The notes beneath the pieces were generated by a model. The model saw nothing but the letters and a program-made list of their open reading frames with translations. It did not search any database and had not been told where the DNA came from. A program made the translations under genes and the position numbers. A stretch of DNA of 64,000 nucleotides, from the NCBI GenBank assembly GCA_902572345.1, contig CACGEW010000006.1, forward strand, positions 15,231 through 79,230. Reading direction: 5' to 3'. Shown piece by piece: positions 19,002 through 28,575 of the stretch. The DNA is from an uncultured Pelagibacteraceae bacterium (GTDB lineage Bacteria; Pseudomonadota; Alphaproteobacteria; Pelagibacterales; Pelagibacteraceae). Numbering within the stretch: position 1 is the first letter of the stretch; each line of letters opens with the position of its first letter.

Positions 19002-19603
19002 TTGCTAAATACATTTGCGATTTTTTTATCAATTTCTAAATTAAAAGAAAAAGATCTTCTCTCACCTTTTGTTTTAAATGGGTAAGCAGTATGCATCAAA
19101 TAATGAGGGAACAATATCATATCACCTACTTTTGGTTGATGATTAAAAATGCATTCACTTAAAAGCATTTTATTTCCATTAATAAAGTCTATTGAGCCAT
19201 CAGTTTGTGTAAGCTTTTTATTTCTAGAAAATTTAGGTATCTTTAAATAACCAACTCCTGAAATATGTCCATCATGAAAATGAACGGGATTATATTCGTC
19301 ATTAAATTGACGAACTATCCAAAAATTTTTAATTTTAATTTTAGATATTTTTTTCCCTAAACTTTTAAAGATATAATCTTTAACTGCTTTATACAAAATT
19401 TTTTCTAAATTTTTTTTTATAAAGATTTTTGGTAATTGAAATTCTTGCCTCACTTGCCCGACTAATTTATTTGAATAATCTAATTTTTTTAACAAATTTT
19501 TTTTTGAGATAATTTTATCAACTTCAATATTAATCTTTTTTATTGAACCTCCTGATAGTTTTAGACTTGCAATTTTAGGACCGAAAGGACTTAAAACTTT
19601 CAT
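18998..19603 (-). CDS. Putative 2OG-Fe(II) oxygenase (TIGR02466-like)
   Basis: The NPVHFHDGH and LFPHYLMHTAYPF motifs resemble the His/Asp/His facial triad arrangement of this family. Confidence 0.45.
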   Translation of the reverse strand: MKVLSPFGPKIASLKLSGGSIKKINIEVDKIISKKNLLKKLDYSNKLVGQVRQEFQLPKIFIKKNLEKILYKAVKDYIFKSLGKKISKIKIKNFWIVRQFNDEYNPVHFHDGHISGVGYLKIPKFSRNKKLTQTDGSIDFINGNKMLLSECIFNHQPKVGDMILFPHYLMHTAYPFKTKGERRSFSFNLEIDKKIANVFSK

Positions 19604-19605
19604 AT

Positions 19606-20073
19606 TTATAATTTTGTAGGATTAGGTTGACCTTTATAAACTTCTTCAGGATCAAATTTTTTTTTCTTTTCCTTAAAATCTAGCTCAATTTCTTCAGCAT
19701 TTTTAATTGGACCTAAAGGTATTGATCGATAAAAACAAGACTTGTACCCGACATGGCAACTCGCACCATTCCCAATATCTACTGACATCCATAAAGCATC
19801 CTGATCATCATCAATTCTTAAATCAATTACTTTTTGAACAAATCCACTCGTTTTACCTTTATGCCATAAAGCTTTTTTTGACCTACTCCAATAATGAGCT
19901 TCCTTTGTCTCAATAGTTTTTTTTAAAGCTTCTGCATTCATATATCCATGCATCAAAAGTTCTCCAGAACTACTATCTGTAGTGGTCACAGGAATCAGAC
20001 CATCGTTATCAAATTTTGGAGAGAGAAATTTTCCCTCCTCAACTTCAAATACATTTTCTCTTTTTTTAAACAT
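19606..20073 (-). CDS. hisI: Phosphoribosyl-AMP cyclohydrolase
   Basis: The sequence HYWSRSKKALWHKGKTSGFVQKVIDLRIDDDQDALWMSV...ASCHVGYKSCFY matches HisI. I placed the start at MFKKRENV, trimming a hydrophobic 14-aa extension. Confidence 0.85.
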   Translation of the reverse strand: MFKKRENVFEVEEGKFLSPKFDNDGLIPVTTTDSSSGELLMHGYMNAEALKKTIETKEAHYWSRSKKALWHKGKTSGFVQKVIDLRIDDDQDALWMSVDIGNGASCHVGYKSCFYRSIPLGPIKNAEEIELDFKEKKKKFDPEEVYKGQPNPTKL

Positions 20074-20147
20074 GTCAGTAAAATAGTGAAAAAAAGACAA
20101 AATAGCAATTTGCAATAATTAACCATGTCCTATAGAAACGTTCTAGT

Positions 20148-20756
20148 ATGAAATTAGTTAAAGACATCAATAAAGAGTCATCAAATAAACCTCAAGTCAG
20201 TGATAAAGAGGCTGAAGATGCAATAAAAAAATTATTAGCCTGGATTGGCGAAGATCCAAGTAGAGAAGGCTTGCAAGAGACTCCAAAAAGAGTAGTGAAA
20301 GCTTTCAAAGAGTATTTTAAAGGCTATCATCAAAATGCAGAAGAAGATTTGTCAAAGACTTTCGGTGACGTTGAAGGTTACGATGATATGGTAATTGAAA
20401 AAAATATAACTTTAGAAAGTCATTGTGAGCATCACATGGCACCAATAATAGGCGTTGCTCATGTTTCTTATATTCCAAATAAAAAGGTTGTAGGTCTTAG
20501 CAAATTGGCTAGAACAGTTGAAATTTTTTCTAAACGACTGCAAACTCAAGAGAGATTGACGATGCAAATAGCAAAAACGCTTATGAGTGCTTTAGATGCA
20601 AAGGGTGTAGCAGTTACAATTGATGCAGCTCATCAATGTATGACTATGCGAGGTATAAAAAAAGAGAAAGCAACAACTGTTACAAATTATTTTTTAGGAT
20701 CTTTTAAGGAAGATTTAAGTATTCAAAATAGATACCTAAAATATATTGGAAAATAG
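20148..20756 (+). CDS. folE: GTP cyclohydrolase I
   Basis: It has GLQETPKRVVKAF, SHCEHHMAPIIGVAHVSYIP and RLQTQERLT motifs. Confidence 0.9.
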   Translation: MKLVKDINKESSNKPQVSDKEAEDAIKKLLAWIGEDPSREGLQETPKRVVKAFKEYFKGYHQNAEEDLSKTFGDVEGYDDMVIEKNITLESHCEHHMAPIIGVAHVSYIPNKKVVGLSKLARTVEIFSKRLQTQERLTMQIAKTLMSALDAKGVAVTIDAAHQCMTMRGIKKEKATTVTNYFLGSFKEDLSIQNRYLKYIGK

Positions 20757-21758
20757 ATGTCTGATAAATTCAAAGCTATTGTTATTGATAATCAAAATGA
20801 AAAGTTCATAAGAGAAATTAAAGAAATAGATAAAACCCAATTAAAAGATGGAAATGTATTGGTCAAAGTTGACTATTCAAGCTTAAATTATAAAGACGCT
20901 CTTATTTTAAATGACGGAGGAAAGATTGTAAGAAAATTTCCTTTTGTTCCGGGAATAGATTTTTCAGGAACAGTTGTAGAGAGTGAAGATAGTAAATTTT
21001 CAAAAGATGATAAAGTTATTCTTACAGGATTTAGAGTAGGAGAAGCATATTTCGGAGGGTTTTCTCAATACGCAAAAGTTGACTCAAATTTTTTAATTAA
21101 GATACCAAAAGAATTAGATACACATAAAGCTATGATGTTAGGCACAGCCGGTTTTACCGCTTTACTTTGCTCGTTTGCTGTAAAAGCAAAAGAGGAATTG
21201 TTATTAGGTGAAAAAGTTAAAGATGTTTTAGTCACTGGTGCAACAGGTGGTGTTGGAAGTATTGCAGTAATGATTTTATCAAAAATGGGATACGATGTTC
21301 ATGCTGTTACAGGAAAAAAAGATAAGAGCGATTATTTAAAAGATTTAGGTGCAAAAAACATTATCGACAGAAAAGAGTTTGAAGGTGAAAGCAAACTGTT
21401 AGAAAAAGGAGTGTGGGACGGTGTAGTTGATACTGTTGGTGGATCTGCTTTAACTAAAATATTTGCTCAAACAAAGCCTGGTGGAATAGTTGCTGCTTGC
21501 GGAAATGCTGGAGGTATTAAAATTAATACAAATGTTATGCCATTTATTATTAGAGGAGTTAAATTGTGGGGAATTGATTCGTCAGGATCATCAATTAAAC
21601 GAAGAGAATTTGTTTGGGGAGAAGCATCTAAGTTAATAGATTTTTCAAAGGTTCAATCTTTCACTAAAGAGCTTTCATTTACTGAACTTTTAGAAACTTA
21701 TCCTAAACTTCTTAAAGGGGAGTTTTTTGGAAGAGCTGTAGTAAATCCAAATAAATAA
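20757..21758 (+). CDS. acuI: YhdH/YhfP-family NADPH:quinone oxidoreductase-like protein (acrylyl-CoA reductase AcuI type)
   Basis: It is an MDR-superfamily protein without the zinc Cys cluster. It has the motifs SSLNYKDAL, PGIDFSGTV and VTGATGGVGS. The substrate is inferred from family only. Confidence 0.6.
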   Translation: MSDKFKAIVIDNQNEKFIREIKEIDKTQLKDGNVLVKVDYSSLNYKDALILNDGGKIVRKFPFVPGIDFSGTVVESEDSKFSKDDKVILTGFRVGEAYFGGFSQYAKVDSNFLIKIPKELDTHKAMMLGTAGFTALLCSFAVKAKEELLLGEKVKDVLVTGATGGVGSIAVMILSKMGYDVHAVTGKKDKSDYLKDLGAKNIIDRKEFEGESKLLEKGVWDGVVDTVGGSALTKIFAQTKPGGIVAACGNAGGIKINTNVMPFIIRGVKLWGIDSSGSSIKRREFVWGEASKLIDFSKVQSFTKELSFTELLETYPKLLKGEFFGRAVVNPNK

Positions 21759-21777
21759 CTTATAATTAACTTTATCT

Positions 21778-22668
21778 ATGGATTGGGATAAATTAAAAAT
21801 ATTTCATACTGTTGCTGAGGCTTCTAGTTTTACTAAAGCCTCTACTATATTAAATTTAAGCCAATCAGCTATAAGCCGCCAAATTCAAGCATTGGAGAGC
21901 GATTTAAAAGTCCAACTTTTTGAAAGACATGCCAGAGGTTTAGTTTTAACTGAAAACGGTGAATATCTTTTTAAATCAGCTCATGAAATTATCTCAAAAT
22001 TAAAAGACGTAGAGTCTAATCTGAGTGGACACAAAGACAAACTAAATGGAAAACTTACAGTTACTACAGTAGTAAGTTTTGGCACGACTTGGCTCACCCC
22101 CAGAATTAAAGAATTTATGGATTTACATCCAGATATTGAAATTGAATTAATATTTGATGATAAAGAACTTGATCTAAGCACCCGAGAGGCAGACGTCGCG
22201 ATAAGAATGAGAAGGCCTAAACAATTAAATTTAATTCAAAAAAAATTCGTGGATTTTAATTATCATATTTACGGTTCAAATGATTATTTGCAAAAAAATG
22301 GATATCCAAAAACTTTAAAAGATTTAGATAAACATAAATTTATAACTTACGGAAAAGGAGCTCCATCTCCAGTTTATAATCCTGACTGGGTTTTAAAACA
22401 TGGTGTTAAAGATGGAAAAAAAAGAAAATCGATTATGAAAGTAAACAGCGTGTATGGATTGTTATTAGCAGTACAAAGTGGAGTGGGTCTAGCTGCTTTA
22501 CCAGATTACATTGCGCATAATGTCGGTAATATAACTAAAGTTTTACCCGAGGAAACAGGGAAACCTACAGAAACGCATTTTGTTTATCCCGCTTCTCTAA
22601 AGAATAATGCAAGACTGATGGCTTTTAGAAACTTTATATTTACAAAGGTTAATGAATGGAAATTTTAA
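21778..22668 (+). CDS. LysR-family transcriptional regulator
   Basis: An N-terminal wHTH (FHTVAEASSFTKASTILNLSQSAISRQIQALE) is followed by a LysR substrate-binding domain. Confidence 0.85.
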   Translation: MDWDKLKIFHTVAEASSFTKASTILNLSQSAISRQIQALESDLKVQLFERHARGLVLTENGEYLFKSAHEIISKLKDVESNLSGHKDKLNGKLTVTTVVSFGTTWLTPRIKEFMDLHPDIEIELIFDDKELDLSTREADVAIRMRRPKQLNLIQKKFVDFNYHIYGSNDYLQKNGYPKTLKDLDKHKFITYGKGAPSPVYNPDWVLKHGVKDGKKRKSIMKVNSVYGLLLAVQSGVGLAALPDYIAHNVGNITKVLPEETGKPTETHFVYPASLKNNARLMAFRNFIFTKVNEWKF

Positions 22669-23774
22669 TTTCTTTTATAATCCCATTTATAATTTTATTA
22701 ACTATTGTTGTTTTTATTCATGAATATGGACACTATTATTTTGCAAAAAAATACGGTGTTGGAGTTACTGATTTTTCCATTGGTTTTGGTAAAGAAATAT
22801 TTGGTTTTAATGATAAATCAGGCACAAGGTGGAAATTTTGCGCAATACCCTTAGGAGGATATGTTAAATTTTTTGGTGATAGAAACGTTTTTAGCCAAGC
22901 GGAGCAAGAAGAACTTTTAAAGGAATATAATGAGGAAGACAGAGAAAAACTATTTGTAGTAAAACCTCTCTATCAAAGATCCTTAATTGTTGCAGCTGGA
23001 CCTTTTGCTAATTTTTTACTTGCTATAGTGATTTTTGCTTTTATTTATATGTTTGCAGGTAAGGATTTTACGCCTGCTCAAATCCAAGAGGTTCAGCCTG
23101 AAAGCCCAGCTTATGTTGCGGGCATTAAATCAGGTGATGTAATTCAATCAATAAACGACAGAGAAGTTAAAAGCATTATGGAGGTTTCTACTTTTATTAA
23201 CGCTTCATCTTCAGAAACTATTGACATAGAAGTCTTAAGAAATGGTAATGAACTTACTTTACAAGTAAAGCCAAAGTTTATTGAAGGAAAAGACACGCTT
23301 GGAAATCAAATAAATAAGAAGATTATTGGAATAAAAGTTGCTCCTTTAAACGAAGAGATAAATAGGCAGCGATTAGGTCCTGCCACAGCATTATATTATG
23401 CTGTAAAAGAAACTTGGTTTGTTATTGAAGCATCATGGGAATTCGTAATTTCCATGTTTAAAGGTACAGGGGACACCTCTCAATTAGGGGGGCCAATTAA
23501 AATTGCTAAAATAACTGGTCAGGTTGCTAAGTTTGGAATTGTCGCTTTCCTAAGTATTATGGCTTATATTTCTATAAGTTTAGGGTTTATTAATCTTTTC
23601 CCAATCCCGATGTTAGATGGGGGGCATTTAATGTTTTACGCCTTTGAAAAGATTTTAGGACGTCCTTTAACTCAAAAAACCCAAGAAGGTTTTTTTCGAA
23701 TCGGGTTATTTTTGCTCCTTTCTTTGATGTTTTTCACAACATTTAATGACCTTAAAGATTTAGGCTTGTTTTAA
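22656..23774 (+). CDS. rseP: RIP zinc metalloprotease RseP (M50 family)
   Basis: It has the HEYGHY (HExxH) motif, a central PDZ domain and the NLFPIPMLDGGH motif. Confidence 0.85.
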   Translation: MEILISFIIPFIILLTIVVFIHEYGHYYFAKKYGVGVTDFSIGFGKEIFGFNDKSGTRWKFCAIPLGGYVKFFGDRNVFSQAEQEELLKEYNEEDREKLFVVKPLYQRSLIVAAGPFANFLLAIVIFAFIYMFAGKDFTPAQIQEVQPESPAYVAGIKSGDVIQSINDREVKSIMEVSTFINASSSETIDIEVLRNGNELTLQVKPKFIEGKDTLGNQINKKIIGIKVAPLNEEINRQRLGPATALYYAVKETWFVIEASWEFVISMFKGTGDTSQLGGPIKIAKITGQVAKFGIVAFLSIMAYISISLGFINLFPIPMLDGGHLMFYAFEKILGRPLTQKTQEGFFRIGLFLLLSLMFFTTFNDLKDLGLF

Positions 23775-23921
23775 GCCACTTTTTAAAGTCAAAAAAGTCA
23801 ATAAAATCAACAATTTTTAAGGCACAATATATTGTGTTAACATTTACGTGAAACACCAAAAAAACATTGATTTTATAGGGTTTTTCTGCAGATTAGAAAG
23901 TAACCAAAAAAGGGGCATAAA

Positions 23922-24197
23922 ATGAATAAAAAACAACTAGTAGCGAAAATATCGTCAACTTTGGGTCAAAGTAAAGCTGATGCTGAAAGAACTTTTGACT
24001 CAATAACGACTATTATTTTAGATGCTTTGAAAAATGACGATACTGTAAAGATAGCTGGTTTTGGTACTTATAAAGTAGCAAAGAGAAAAGCTAGAGTAGG
24101 AAGAAATCCTAGAACAGGTGAGTCAATTCAAATCGCTGCATCACAAAAAGTAAAGTTTTTACCTGCTAAAAGCTTAAAAGAAATGTTTAATCGATAA
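23922..24197 (+). CDS. hup: HU-family DNA-binding protein
   Basis: The 91-aa product has GFGTYKVAKRKARVGRNPRTGESIQI (beta-arm) typical of HU. Confidence 0.85.
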   Translation: MNKKQLVAKISSTLGQSKADAERTFDSITTIILDALKNDDTVKIAGFGTYKVAKRKARVGRNPRTGESIQIAASQKVKFLPAKSLKEMFNR

Positions 24198-24205
24198 ACG
24201 TTTAT

Positions 24206-24240
24206 TTAGCCCTTATTTGATAATCTCAAATAGGGGCTAA
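24206..24240 (+). terminator. Strong hairpin after hup (15-bp stem, no clear U-tract)
   Basis: TTAGCCCTTATTTGA-taatc-TCAAATAGGGGCTAA has one G-T wobble. It lies 9 nt after the stop codon, and no T-run follows. Confidence 0.4.
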
Positions 24241-24331
24241 CTACTTGCAAAAACTGCATAGCTCAAATTTAGACATATCAATACTAATTAAAACTTATTA
24301 ATTTTATAAGGCCTTCAACAAGGGAGAACTT

Positions 24332-25624
24332 ATGAAAAAATACATTAGTTACTTTTTAGCAGGTACAGCCATATACTTTGGTTTTGCTGGTTTAGGTTAT
24401 GCCGAGACAACAGTGTCTGCAGAAGTACAATACATATTCAATACCCTATTATTTTTAATGTCAGGTTTCTTGGTCATGTGGATGGCCGCAGGTTTTGCAA
24501 TGTTAGAGTCTGGGTTGGTAACATCAAAGTCTGTATCAGCAATCTGTGCAAAAAATATAGGTCTTTATTCAATCGCTGGAGTAATGTTCTGGTTGGTTGG
24601 TTATAATTTGGCTTACGGTATTCCGGAAGGTGGTTACATAGGAACATTTACGCCATGGAGTGATGGATCAAAACTTGAAACAGGTTATTCAGATGGATCT
24701 GATTGGTTTTTCCAAATGGTGTTTTGTGCCACTACAATGTCAATCGTATCTGGTACGTTAGCCGAAAGAATTAAGATCTGGCCATTTTTCTTATTTGCCG
24801 CAATTTTAACTGGAATTATTTATCCAATTTCAATGGGTTGGCAATGGGGTGGCGGATGGTTATCTGTAGCTGGATTCTCTGATTTTGCTGGTTCTACACT
24901 AGTACATGCTGCCGGAGGAGCTGCTGCTTTAGCTGGTGCTATTGTTCTTGGTGCTAGATCAGGCAGATTCTCAGGTAGAGGAGAAGCTAAGCCTATGGCG
25001 CCTTTTGCGGCATCATCCATTCCGTTAGCAACTTTAGGAGTATTTATACTTTGGTTAGGTTGGTTTGGATTTAATGGTGGATCGCAATTAGCCGCTGGAA
25101 CACTAGAAGACGTGTCCTCAGTAGCAACAATTTATATCAATACGAACTTGGCTGCAGGTGGCGGTGTATTAGCTGCTGCAACTGTATCAAGACTAATTGG
25201 TGGTAAAACCGACGTAGTAATGATGCTAAACGGTGCGATAGCTGGATTAGTGGGTATCACGGCAGAGCCATTAACACCAAGTCCGTTAGCTGCAATCTTC
25301 ATTGGAGCGATAGCTGGAGTATTAATGTACTTCTCAACAAAACTATTGTTCAAAATGAAAATTGATGACGTAGTAGGTGCCATACCAGCACACTTAGTAG
25401 CTGGAGTATGGGGTACATTAGCAGTGCCATTAACAAACGGTGATGTTACTTTCGGAGCACAATTCCTAGGAACTATCTCAGTTGTGGTATTCGTATTCAT
25501 AGTCTCGTTTATTGTTTTCCAAATTATTAAAAATACAATTGGATTAAGAATAAGCAAAGAAGCTGAAAGACTAGGAACTGACAAAGCAGAAGTCGGTGTA
25601 ATAGCTTACGGTATAAGAGACTAA
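24332..25624 (+). CDS. amtB: Ammonium transporter (Amt family), copy 1
   Basis: It has a signal peptide and 11 TM segments, with the motifs FADFAGSTLVHAAGGAAALAGAIVLG and DDVVGAIPAHLVAGVWGTL. Confidence 0.9.
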   Translation: MKKYISYFLAGTAIYFGFAGLGYAETTVSAEVQYIFNTLLFLMSGFLVMWMAAGFAMLESGLVTSKSVSAICAKNIGLYSIAGVMFWLVGYNLAYGIPEGGYIGTFTPWSDGSKLETGYSDGSDWFFQMVFCATTMSIVSGTLAERIKIWPFFLFAAILTGIIYPISMGWQWGGGWLSVAGFSDFAGSTLVHAAGGAAALAGAIVLGARSGRFSGRGEAKPMAPFAASSIPLATLGVFILWLGWFGFNGGSQLAAGTLEDVSSVATIYINTNLAAGGGVLAAATVSRLIGGKTDVVMMLNGAIAGLVGITAEPLTPSPLAAIFIGAIAGVLMYFSTKLLFKMKIDDVVGAIPAHLVAGVWGTLAVPLTNGDVTFGAQFLGTISVVVFVFIVSFIVFQIIKNTIGLRISKEAERLGTDKAEVGVIAYGIRD

Positions 25625-25658
25625 ATAAAATTCCCTCCCTCGTTAGTTGGGAAAAATT

Positions 25659-25700
25659 ATAAGGCCTGGTTCGGATCCCCCGTCCAGGCCTTATTTTATT
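25659..25700 (+). terminator. Rho-independent terminator after amt copy 1
   Basis: An 11-bp stem ATAAGGCCTGG/CCAGGCCTTAT has a 14-nt loop and is followed by TTTATTT. Confidence 0.6.
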
Positions 25701-25777
25701 TACAAGTCTCTTATGCATTTAAATCATGCTTCTAATCTTTGAAATTTGATATCAAGATCAAAAAAAAGGGGGGAAAC

Positions 25778-27067
25778 ATGAAAAAATTAACATTCATTTT
25801 TTTAGGTTGTATTTCTGCTTTACTTATAAGCTCACAAAGCTTCGCAGAAACTACTATGTCTCAAGAGGGACAATATATTTTTAATTCATTAGGATTTTAT
25901 TTGGGTGGAGTACTGGTTGCTTTTATGGCAGCTGGCTTTTGTATGCTTGAAAGCGGTTTAGTGACCACAAAGAGTGTATCGACAATTGCCGCGAAAAATA
26001 TAGGTAAATTCGCTATATGCTCACTCGTATTTTTCTTAATCGGTTATAATTTGGCTTATGGCGTACCAGAAGGCGGTTACGTTGGATCTTTTTCAATTTG
26101 GACTGACAGTTCTGATGCTGGAACAGGTTATTCAGGATATTCGGACTGGTTTTTTCAAACAATGTTCGTGTGTGCAACGGCTTCAATAGTATCCGGAGCA
26201 GTGGCAGAAAGAATTAAGATTTGGCCTTTCTTTATTTTCGCTGCGATTATGGCTGGAATTATTTATCCAATTTCTATGGGCTGGCAATGGGGAGGCGGCT
26301 GGTTAGCAAGCGGCGGATTTTCAGATTTTGCTGGATCAACATTAGTTCATGGATGTGGCGGTGCAGCTGCACTTGCTGGAGTAATAGTTTTAGGTGCTCG
26401 AGAAGGAAGATTTGGAAGAAGAGGAGAAAAGAAGTCTATGCAACCATTTGCAGCTTCGAGTATTCCATTAGTGACTCTTGGTACATTTTTACTTTGGTTT
26501 GGTTGGTTTGGTTTTAATGGATTTAGCCAATTAGCAATGGGTACTTTTGACGATGTTAACGCTATTTCTAAAATTGCAGTTAACACTCATTTAGCTGGCG
26601 CAGCAGGAACATTTACAGGCGCGGTACTAACAAGATTAATTGGTGGTAAAACTGATATTGTTATGATGTTAAACGGAGCGTTAGCAGGTCTTGTAGCAAT
26701 TACTGCAGAACCTTTAACACCTGGACCAATTACTGCAATGATCATTGGATCTGTTGGAGCAGTCATAATGTATTTTGGAACAAAAATGTTAGAAAGTTAT
26801 GGCTTAGATGATGTTGTTGGTGCAATCCCAGTTCACATGTTTGCTGGAATTTTCGGAACATTAGTAGTTCCATTAACTAATCCAGACACATCTTTTGGCA
26901 CTCAATTTATTGGTACTGCCTCAGTGTGTATATTTAGTTTTGTTTTATCTTGGGCTACATTTACAGGTCTAAAATCAACTGTTGGATTAAGGATTAGTAA
27001 AGCAGCTGAAAAACTAGGAACAGATAAAGCCGAAGTAGGTGTTTCAGCTTACTCAATCAGAGACTAA
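25778..27067 (+). CDS. amtB: Ammonium transporter (Amt family), copy 2
   Basis: It is a paralog of copy 1 with the same motifs. I chose the start at MKKLTFIFLGC, which is preceded by AAGGGGGG. The tracked start at 25739 adds a lysine-rich extension. Confidence 0.9.
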   Translation: MKKLTFIFLGCISALLISSQSFAETTMSQEGQYIFNSLGFYLGGVLVAFMAAGFCMLESGLVTTKSVSTIAAKNIGKFAICSLVFFLIGYNLAYGVPEGGYVGSFSIWTDSSDAGTGYSGYSDWFFQTMFVCATASIVSGAVAERIKIWPFFIFAAIMAGIIYPISMGWQWGGGWLASGGFSDFAGSTLVHGCGGAAALAGVIVLGAREGRFGRRGEKKSMQPFAASSIPLVTLGTFLLWFGWFGFNGFSQLAMGTFDDVNAISKIAVNTHLAGAAGTFTGAVLTRLIGGKTDIVMMLNGALAGLVAITAEPLTPGPITAMIIGSVGAVIMYFGTKMLESYGLDDVVGAIPVHMFAGIFGTLVVPLTNPDTSFGTQFIGTASVCIFSFVLSWATFTGLKSTVGLRISKAAEKLGTDKAEVGVSAYSIRD

Positions 27068-27080
27068 TTATTATTAAATT

Positions 27081-27109
27081 AAAGGCCCGAGAAATCGGGC
27101 CTTTTTTTA
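27081..27109. terminator. Bidirectional rho-independent terminator
   Basis: The stem AAAGGCCCGA-gaaa-TCGGGCCTTT is followed by TTTTT on the + strand and has an A/T tract on the other side. It sits between convergent amt copy 2 and the 27115-28137 gene. Confidence 0.75.
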
Positions 27110-27114
27110 TTGCA

Positions 27115-28137
27115 TTATTTTTCGTTTTGATCCCACATTTCCTTCCAATTTACATTCGGTGATAATCCAAAAATTGAATTAACATTTGTAAAATGTAAAG
27201 CTAACGATGGAATAGGCGATATACACAATTCTTTTTCATAAATATAATGTAGAGGTTTTTCGAAAGGCGCGTGTTCTTTATTACACATGCTTACATATTT
27301 ATCCCAATATTTTTCAATCATTTTTTTGCTAGTTAAAAAAGTACACAAAGTTTCATTTACTTTTCTCCAATGGTGATTTTGACCTAAAAAATTTTGTGTT
27401 ATTTCAGATTTTGCGTATAAATAAGGGTAATCAGTTGGACATATGATAATTTCATTATTAATTTGTGAAGCTAATCTTTCATAAGTAAAGATCATCTCTT
27501 TTAGCGACTCTTTTTTGTGTATGTAATCGTCTTCAACAAAATAAATTAAATCTTCACATTTTTTAGCCTCTAAAAGCGATTGATGTATATTTGCCATATT
27601 CGATATTTGATTATCGGTAACACTTTCACCTCTTTGATTTGTTTTTTCTATTTTATTGATGAATTTTGATACATCTAAATTTATCAATGAATATTTTTCA
27701 TTGAATTCTGTAAATACCTTTTCGATTGAGGCTAAATTCTCATTAGTAGAATTATGGTCTATTACTTTAAAATTTATTTTTAACTGTTTTAAATCAGGAT
27801 CTTTAGACGAATTTAATAAAGATCTTATAGTCCTAATAGTATATTCAATTTTTTCCTTTTCGAATAAGCGTGATTTATTTTGAGTTAACATATTGACGCT
27901 TGCACATGTTCTTATGATCACATCTAAAGCTTTTACTTTTCTTGTTATTTTTACTTCTCCAAGAGGAAGGTTTATAGATCTTTGTCCGAGTGTACTTAAA
28001 TGGTCATCAATGTTCTTGTTAGATGTTACGATTTTAAAGTTATTTTGATCAATGATTTCATAACCAAGTTTCCTAGATATTTTGATGAATATTTTTTTAA
28101 AAAAACTAGGTTTATTTGAATTCTTAATATTTTTCAT
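27115..28137 (-). CDS. Hypothetical protein, possibly a GT-A fold glycosyltransferase
   Basis: The 340-aa product has a YFVEDDY (DxD-like) motif and a Rossmann-like N-terminal half. No closer family was recognised. Confidence 0.3.
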   Translation of the reverse strand: MKNIKNSNKPSFFKKIFIKISRKLGYEIIDQNNFKIVTSNKNIDDHLSTLGQRSINLPLGEVKITRKVKALDVIIRTCASVNMLTQNKSRLFEKEKIEYTIRTIRSLLNSSKDPDLKQLKINFKVIDHNSTNENLASIEKVFTEFNEKYSLINLDVSKFINKIEKTNQRGESVTDNQISNMANIHQSLLEAKKCEDLIYFVEDDYIHKKESLKEMIFTYERLASQINNEIIICPTDYPYLYAKSEITQNFLGQNHHWRKVNETLCTFLTSKKMIEKYWDKYVSMCNKEHAPFEKPLHYIYEKELCISPIPSLALHFTNVNSIFGLSPNVNWKEMWDQNEK

Positions 28138-28175
28138 TATAGTAAAATATATATATTAGTTTATTACTTTCATCT

Positions 28176-28574
28176 ATGAGTATTAAGTCATCACAAACTT
28201 TGGTTGAGGAGGCGCAAAAAAAAATTGAAACCTTGAGCCCGAACGAGGTAAAAAATCTCGCTGAAAAAAAAGAAATTACATTAATAGATGTAAGAGATAT
28301 AAGGGAATTATGGAAAGAAGGAACAATTGAAAATTCAAAACATATCCCAAGAGGAATGCTTGAGTTTTGGTTGGATCCTGAAAGTACTTATTACCAATCT
28401 AATAAAATTAAAGAAATAAAAAAGATGGTGCTATTTTGTGCTCTAGGATGGCGCTCTGCTTTAGCAACAAAATCATTAGTAGAGATGGGTTTTACAAATG
28501 TTGCGCACGTAGATGGTGGATTTGATGCTTTAAAAAAAAGCGGATTTAAAGTTGTTGTAAAAGAAAAGAAATAA
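28176..28574 (+). CDS. Rhodanese-domain sulfurtransferase
   Basis: It is a single 132-aa rhodanese domain with the active-site loop FCALGWRSA. Confidence 0.75.
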   Translation: MSIKSSQTLVEEAQKKIETLSPNEVKNLAEKKEITLIDVRDIRELWKEGTIENSKHIPRGMLEFWLDPESTYYQSNKIKEIKKMVLFCALGWRSALATKSLVEMGFTNVAHVDGGFDALKKSGFKVVVKEKK

Positions 28575-28575
28575 A

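Noticed and set aside
24234-24249. A sigma-54-like GG-N10-GC element (GGGCTAACTACTTGCA) upstream of amtB
   Set aside because: The spacing fits the -24/-12 consensus but the flanking bases are weak, and the element overlaps the hup hairpin. Cultured SAR11 genomes are reported to lack rpoN and use a PII-independent N response. No NtrC-type enhancer site is evident.
25132-25584. A 150-aa ORF antisense to amt copy 1, plus similar ORFs at 24820-25020, 25527-25718, 26221-26517 and 26347-26586
   Set aside because: These ORFs are embedded in or opposite the clearly conserved Amt genes. They exist because the locally higher GC leaves fewer stop codons, and they carry no recognisable motifs.
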